Source of the DNA: Phycisphaerae bacterium
GTDB lineage: Bacteria; Planctomycetota; Phycisphaerae; FEN-1346; JAACEH01
DNA length: 64,000 nt
Assembly (NCBI GenBank): GCA_012729015.1
Contig: JAAYDY010000042.1
Location: 77,608 to 141,607, forward strand
Direction of reading: 5' to 3'
Both the position numbers and the translations under genes were made by a program. Below the pieces are notes generated by a model that was not told where the DNA came from, did not search any database, and was given only the letters and a program-made list of their open reading frames with translations. Below are positions 58,895-64,000 of this stretch, piece after piece (the stretch's first letter is position 1; the number at the start of each line of letters is the position of its first letter).

Positions 58895-61439
58895 CGGTGG
58901 CCTGCTCGATCCGCTCGGCGTAGTCGCGGTGGCGTCGGGCGTCGTCCGGGCGATGCACTGCCTCCAGCACCGTGGCCAGTTGACGGTGCGTCAGCGGATC
59001 GTAGGGATTCACACGCAGGGCTTCGCGCAGCACCTCCACGGCATCCCCCAGTTTCCGCTCATGGACCAGCAGCAGGCTTCGGAACTGCCATGCCAGAACG
59101 CAGTCGGGATCGGCTTCGGTCGCCAGGCGGGTCTGCTCGAGGGCCCCGCCAAGATCCCCGCGTGCATTGAGCAGAATCGCCAGATTGACGCGGCACTCGG
59201 CAAACCCGGGGCTACGCTGGAGGGCCTTGCGATAGGCGGCCTCGGCCTTGCCGGTCTGGCGCAGAACGGCCAGCACCCGTCCGTACTCGAACAGCACGTC
59301 GGGATTGTCCGGGGCCAGCCTGGCGGCTGCCTCGGCACGGGGCAGCGCCTCGGCCACCCGACCTGCCCCGGCGAGCAGGGCCGCATGCACGCGATGGGTC
59401 TCGGCGGCATCGCCGCGTATCCAGAACGAGGCAACGGCGCACCCGCCCAGAGTCAGGACGAACCACCAGAGAGCGGCCCTGGCGACCGGCCGGCGGCCGG
59501 CGATCAGGTCGAGCCCCCAGACGATGCAGGCGACGATCGGAACGACAGCGGCCATGCCGTAGAAGGCTTTGGCCTGGCCGTAATACGGCAGTCGGAGCGT
59601 AATGTAGACCAGGGCCAGGAGCGTGACGGCCCCTGCCCCGAGCACGAGCATCCATGCCGCCGTCGGACGACGGACCACGCGCACCACTGCAGCCGCCAGA
59701 CCGACCACTCCCGCCACGACGAGCACCATCGCCGGCAGAGACAGCGCGGTCATGAGTTCCCAATTCCACGGAGGGCCGTACCGCACGGCCGTGTTGCCGC
59801 CGGCGAAGCCGTCGGCCCAGAACGTGGAGTAGATCGCGTCGGCGAAGCCCGACAGGCCGGCGAAGAGCGGCTGGACGAGCGAGCGACCGAAGCCCAGGTA
59901 GTAATCGGCCGTGTGGCATCCCGGGGCCTGCCACCAGGGGCGTCCGGCTTCGGCGTCCCAGTTGCCGACAATCGGGCGTCCGTAGCGTGCCCAGACACGG
60001 GCGAAATGCCATCCGCACACCAGCAGGCCGACGAGGCAAGTCAGGCCGACGGTGCGTGCCCAGACGGCAAGCCGGCGCTGGCGGCCGACGACGAGGCGCC
60101 CGATGAGAACAACGAGAATCACCGGCAGCACGATCAGGGCGGAGAACTTGGCGAGCATCGCGCCGCCAAGGCACGCGCCAAGGGCGGCATAGTGGCGCCA
60201 CGAGGCGTCCGGCGTGCGGACGATGCGCAGCGTGACATAGAGAGAAGCCGTGATCAGCGTCGCGGCGAGCCCCTCATTGGTGACGTACTGGTAGAGGTAC
60301 AGGTGCACCGGCAGTGTCGCGGCCAGGACGAGTCCAAGCAAGTGCCGTCGCGGATGCTCCGGGAAGAGTTGCCGCACGCAGCCAAACACGAGCAGCACCT
60401 GGGCGATGCCGAACGCCATGGTCAACATGCGGACGGCCTGCTGTGCCTGGTCCGTGCCGGCGGCCAGCGCCTTGAGTTTGAGCACAGCGGCGGCAAGGAG
60501 GTAGAAGAGCGGCGGCTGATAGGCCTGCCATCCGTCCTCGGCCAGGGGAAGGCGACCCTCCTCAAGCAGAATCCGCAGGTACTGGACGTGACCGTTGACA
60601 TCGAAGCCGACTTCCGCAGGGAGACCCTCGCGGTTGTGGAGGAACAGGACAGCCCAGACAGCCGCAATGGCCATCGCGAGCACGGCGATACGGCGCTCGG
60701 TGCCGACGAGAAACGCCTCGACCTCCATAGCGCCGCCCCATCGGTGCCGCACGGCCGCCGCCGCAGCGACGACCACGACCGCCATGACGCCGATGGCCGC
60801 GACGATGGGCCACTGCCGGCGAAGCGATTCGACCGCGGTGGGTCTGGGTGGTGCGGAAGGATCGCCCGTGGCGTCGGCCATGGCATGGCGCGGCACGGCA
60901 TCGGCCGGACGCGCAGGACGCCAGGCGGCGCCGGCGCAGGAGGCCTCCCAGCGGTCGTCGCTGCCCAGTGAACACCCCTGCCCTTGGAGTCGCAGCCAGA
61001 GAGCCGGCGGGCCGCGGTCACTGAAGACGGTGACGGTGATGTCGTTGTCGCCGGGCCGCAGATGGGCGGCCACACCGACGAAGCGGAGTTCGCGCCGCCA
61101 TGACGCGGGGCCGGACGGGCGATTCTCATCGGTATCGAGGCGTTGACCGTTCACGCGGACTTCCTGGAGCCCGCGGAAGGCCCGGATTTGCAGGTCGACC
61201 TCGCCGGGGACTGCGTCGAGCGTCACGCGGCGGCGAAAGACGGTGTCCATGCGGACGGCAGGCCGCGGCCGTAGGTCCACCGGCACCGGAGCGACAATCC
61301 ACTGAGCCCCGGAGTGCTCGGGAAGAAACGCAATCGCCTTGCTGTGCCTCGCGAGCCACCAGAATCCGGCGGCCGGGACGGTCACCGTCGTCAGGATCAG
61401 CACGAGGACGAGAGTCGATGGGGTCCGCATCGAGGCCAT
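58872..61439 (-). CDS. GT-C fold (ArnT/PMT-like) membrane glycosyltransferase with an N-terminal beta-sandwich and C-terminal TPRs
   Basis: GFDVNGHVQY, YQPPLFY and LAKFSAL in a multi-TM core; TPR tail. Start uncertain (61430-61448). Confidence 0.78.
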   Translation of the reverse strand: MASMRTPSTLVLVLILTTVTVPAAGFWWLARHSKAIAFLPEHSGAQWIVAPVPVDLRPRPAVRMDTVFRRRVTLDAVPGEVDLQIRAFRGLQEVRVNGQRLDTDENRPSGPASWRRELRFVGVAAHLRPGDNDITVTVFSDRGPPALWLRLQGQGCSLGSDDRWEASCAGAAWRPARPADAVPRHAMADATGDPSAPPRPTAVESLRRQWPIVAAIGVMAVVVVAAAAAVRHRWGGAMEVEAFLVGTERRIAVLAMAIAAVWAVLFLHNREGLPAEVGFDVNGHVQYLRILLEEGRLPLAEDGWQAYQPPLFYLLAAAVLKLKALAAGTDQAQQAVRMLTMAFGIAQVLLVFGCVRQLFPEHPRRHLLGLVLAATLPVHLYLYQYVTNEGLAATLITASLYVTLRIVRTPDASWRHYAALGACLGGAMLAKFSALIVLPVILVVLIGRLVVGRQRRLAVWARTVGLTCLVGLLVCGWHFARVWARYGRPIVGNWDAEAGRPWWQAPGCHTADYYLGFGRSLVQPLFAGLSGFADAIYSTFWADGFAGGNTAVRYGPPWNWELMTALSLPAMVLVVAGVVGLAAAVVRVVRRPTAAWMLVLGAGAVTLLALVYITLRLPYYGQAKAFYGMAAVVPIVACIVWGLDLIAGRRPVARAALWWFVLTLGGCAVASFWIRGDAAETHRVHAALLAGAGRVAEALPRAEAAARLAPDNPDVLFEYGRVLAVLRQTGKAEAAYRKALQRSPGFAECRVNLAILLNARGDLGGALEQTRLATEADPDCVLAWQFRSLLLVHERKLGDAVEVLREALRVNPYDPLTHRQLATVLEAVHRPDDARRHRDYAERIEQATATKARSP

Positions 61440-61558
61440 GGCTGGCATTATAGCCCGGCGGCGACGACGGTCGAGGTGAAACCCTCCCCCCGGACGGTCG
61501 CGGCGCTTGCCGCTGAAGGCGGTGCGCCCTATAATGGCCCGGCACACAGGGAGAAGCC

Positions 61559-63475
61559 ATGGGAGTCATCCGGAAACTCGATCCGCACCTGGTCAACCAG
61601 ATTGCCGCCGGCGAAGTGATCGAGCGGCCGGCCAGCGTGGTCAAGGAACTCATCGAGAATGCCCTGGACGCCGAGGCCTCGCGCCTGGAGATCGACGTCG
61701 AGGAGGGCGGCCGGAAACTGATCCGCGTGACCGACGACGGCGTGGGGATGGAGGCCGAGGACCTGGCCCTGGCGGTGGCGAGCCACGCCACGAGCAAGCT
61801 GCTGACGAGCGATGACCTGGACCACATCACGACGTTCGGTTTCCGCGGGGAGGCGTTGCCGTCGATCGGGTCGGTGAGCCAGATGACGGTGACGACGCGG
61901 CGGGCCGAGGCGGTCGAGGGTCACAGCGTCCGCGTCGAGGGCGGATGCATCGAACCGGTGCGCGTGGCCGGAGCGGCGCCCGGCACGAGCATTGAGGTGC
62001 GGAACCTGTTCTACAGTATTCCAGCGCGGCGGAAGTTTCTGAAGGCCGACGCCACGGAGTTGGGGCACATCGTGGACGTGGTGGCGCGGACGGCCCTGGC
62101 CTACCCGCAGGTGGCGATACGGCTGCGGCACAACGGGCGGCTCGTTCACGATCTGCCGCACGGCCAGAGCCTTCGCGACCGGGTGTCCACGTTCTACGGT
62201 CGCGACATGGCCGAGAGCCTGATTGAGATCAGGCACGACTCGGCGGGGTGCGGACTCTGGGGACTGATCGCTGCGCCGTCGCAGACGCGCACCTCGACGC
62301 GATGGCAGTTCCTCTACATCAACGGCCGCTACATCCGCGACCGCAGCCTGCTGCACGCCGTCCGCGAGGCGTACCGCGGCCTCGTCGAGATCAACCGCCA
62401 ACCGGTGGTGTTTCTGTTCCTCACGGTGCCGCACGATGCGGTGGACGTGAATGTTCACCCGACGAAAATCGAAGTGCGTCTGCGGCACGCGCAGCAGGTG
62501 TATCACGAGGTGCTGACCACGCTGCGAGAGAAACTGCTCGGAACCGATCTGACGCCGCACGTGGGCCAGAACCTGGCGTCGCCGGGCGGATACGCAGCAG
62601 ACGGCGAAGCGGGCGGCGGGGACCGTGAGCAGCGCATACGCCAGTCGCTGGCCGACTTCCTTCGCGCGCCGCCGGCAGGGTCGAATCAGAGTCGGTTCGC
62701 GTACTCGCCACCCTCGCGCGGCACGGGAGCGTCGCTCGGGTCGCCGTCGCCGGCGGGCGAGACTCTGCGGAGGCCCGCAGACACACAGTGGCCGGACCGG
62801 GAGCCGCCCGCCGGGCAGAGTGCCCCCGGGAGTGCGGCCGACCGCGACACCGCGGCCCCGGTGGCCAGGGCGTTCCAGTTGCACAACACGTACCTCGTGG
62901 CCGAGACCGAGGACGGCATGATCATCGTCGATCAGCACGCGCTGCACGAGCGCGTCCTGTACGAGGAACTGCGCGCCAGGCTGTCGGCCGGGCCGCTGGA
63001 GAGCCAGCGGCTCCTGATCCCGGCCGTGGTGGACGTGACCGAAACCGAGATGGCGTTTCTGAACCAACATCGCGAGGCGCTGGCGCGCCTGGGCGTCGAG
63101 TTCGAGGCATTCGGCAGCCGCTCCGTCGGGGTCCAGGCGTTTCCGTCGATGCTCGGCCAGCGTGCGCAGCCGGAGCGAGTCCTGCGCGACCTGCTGGACT
63201 GGATGGCCGAGAACCCCGTGCAGCCGGCGGTGGAGGATCTGCTGGACGAGTTGCTTCACCGGATGGCGTGCCGCGCGGCGGTCAAGGCCGGCGACGTGTT
63301 GTCACAGGACGAGATGCAGGCGCTGCTGTCCCACCGCGGGGGCGATCAGCCGTCCGCCACGTGCCCGCACGGGCGGCCGACGTCGCTGATGCTGACGCGC
63401 GACGAGATCGAGCGTTCGTTCAAGCGCAACTACCCCACGTCGCGTCCGACCGAGGACGAGACCATCCCCTTCTGA
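61559..63475 (+). CDS. mutL: DNA mismatch repair endonuclease MutL
   Basis: NQIAAGEVIERPASVVKELIEN, GFRGEAL, DQHALHER, ACRAAVK and CPHGRP motifs. Confidence 0.98.
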   Translation: MGVIRKLDPHLVNQIAAGEVIERPASVVKELIENALDAEASRLEIDVEEGGRKLIRVTDDGVGMEAEDLALAVASHATSKLLTSDDLDHITTFGFRGEALPSIGSVSQMTVTTRRAEAVEGHSVRVEGGCIEPVRVAGAAPGTSIEVRNLFYSIPARRKFLKADATELGHIVDVVARTALAYPQVAIRLRHNGRLVHDLPHGQSLRDRVSTFYGRDMAESLIEIRHDSAGCGLWGLIAAPSQTRTSTRWQFLYINGRYIRDRSLLHAVREAYRGLVEINRQPVVFLFLTVPHDAVDVNVHPTKIEVRLRHAQQVYHEVLTTLREKLLGTDLTPHVGQNLASPGGYAADGEAGGGDREQRIRQSLADFLRAPPAGSNQSRFAYSPPSRGTGASLGSPSPAGETLRRPADTQWPDREPPAGQSAPGSAADRDTAAPVARAFQLHNTYLVAETEDGMIIVDQHALHERVLYEELRARLSAGPLESQRLLIPAVVDVTETEMAFLNQHREALARLGVEFEAFGSRSVGVQAFPSMLGQRAQPERVLRDLLDWMAENPVQPAVEDLLDELLHRMACRAAVKAGDVLSQDEMQALLSHRGGDQPSATCPHGRPTSLMLTRDEIERSFKRNYPTSRPTEDETIPF

Positions 63476-64000
63476 TCACCGATCGGCTGCGTGGCCATTG
63501 ACAGGAACGAGGATGTCGGCGGCCTTGGCGGCAGGCAACCCCAGGGCGGCACAGAACTCCTCGGCGATGCGGCGAGGCAGGCCGGGGGCCGCCAGGGCCT
63601 CGGGCGCAACGAAGACGAAGGCCTTCCACAGAGCACGATACTTGCGATTGAGCAGTTCGGCCTCGTCGCGGAACTCCGGGTGGCGAGCCAGCGGCACGAT
63701 GCGATTCAGTTCGAATCGCACCGGTGTGGAGATGGCCTTGGCCTGCATCTTGATCGGGGGACAGTAGACCAGCGCGCCGTGGCGGCCGAGGCCGGTCATG
63801 GCGGCCAGGCGTTCCTCGATAGCCGCGAGACGCTGCCGCCCGCCGGGCCGGCCACGGAGCAGGTCCACCACCCTCTCGGCGCCTCCGGCATCGCGTACGG
63901 CCGCTTCGGTCAGGACCACGACCGGCGTACAGAGTCGCCGGTGGTAGATCGCGCGGCCCAGGTCGCGTGCCTCGGCGGCCGAGAGCACCTCGGAAGCAGC
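63476..64000 (-). CDS. C-terminal part of a protein running off the window end, possibly an HD-superfamily phosphohydrolase
   Basis: Frame is open to the window edge. RRL..PV, VYCP...M..K and LWKAFVF resemble C-termini of HD-domain proteins, but the HD motif itself is not visible. Confidence 0.5.
   Translation of the reverse strand, partial: AASEVLSAAEARDLGRAIYHRRLCTPVVVLTEAAVRDAGGAERVVDLLRGRPGGRQRLAAIEERLAAMTGLGRHGALVYCPPIKMQAKAISTPVRFELNRIVPLARHPEFRDEAELLNRKYRALWKAFVFVAPEALAAPGLPRRIAEEFCAALGLPAAKAADILVPVNGHAADR

Noticed and set aside
63473-63478. Abutting convergent stop codons (TGATCA) of mutL and the next gene
   Set aside because: This is compact gene packing, with no evidence of function.

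Overview
High-GC bacterial chromosomal window. Gene content (TPR-alphaCTD protein, long SecDF, URO-D-family protein) suggests Planctomycetota, probably Phycisphaerae; this assignment is inference. Much of the window is housekeeping: queH-SpoIID-tgt-yajC-secDF, ispF-cysS-ruvCAB-uxs-galE, dusB, gltX, tRNA-Lys(CTT), tRNA-Arg(TCG), rpsO-pnp and mutL. It also holds a chemotaxis locus with no receptor gene (cheA-W-R-D-Y-X-B, divergent from HDOD-cheX-cheY-FapA). The best candidate for an undescribed system is at 12.7-23.9 kb. There, two giant paralogous envelope proteins (1575 and 1300 aa) are each built from four ~170-aa repeats. One carries an internal pilin-like module, the pair follows an ECF-type promoter, and a CPBP protease and a putative His/Cys protease lie upstream on the same strand. 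Other notable items are a TPR protein with two RNA polymerase alpha-CTD domains, a CheA with an MshEN-like c-di-GMP motif, and a ~98-bp palindromic element whose four copies each sit just upstream of a sigma70-like promoter. All calls come from reading motifs by eye; no database searches were run.
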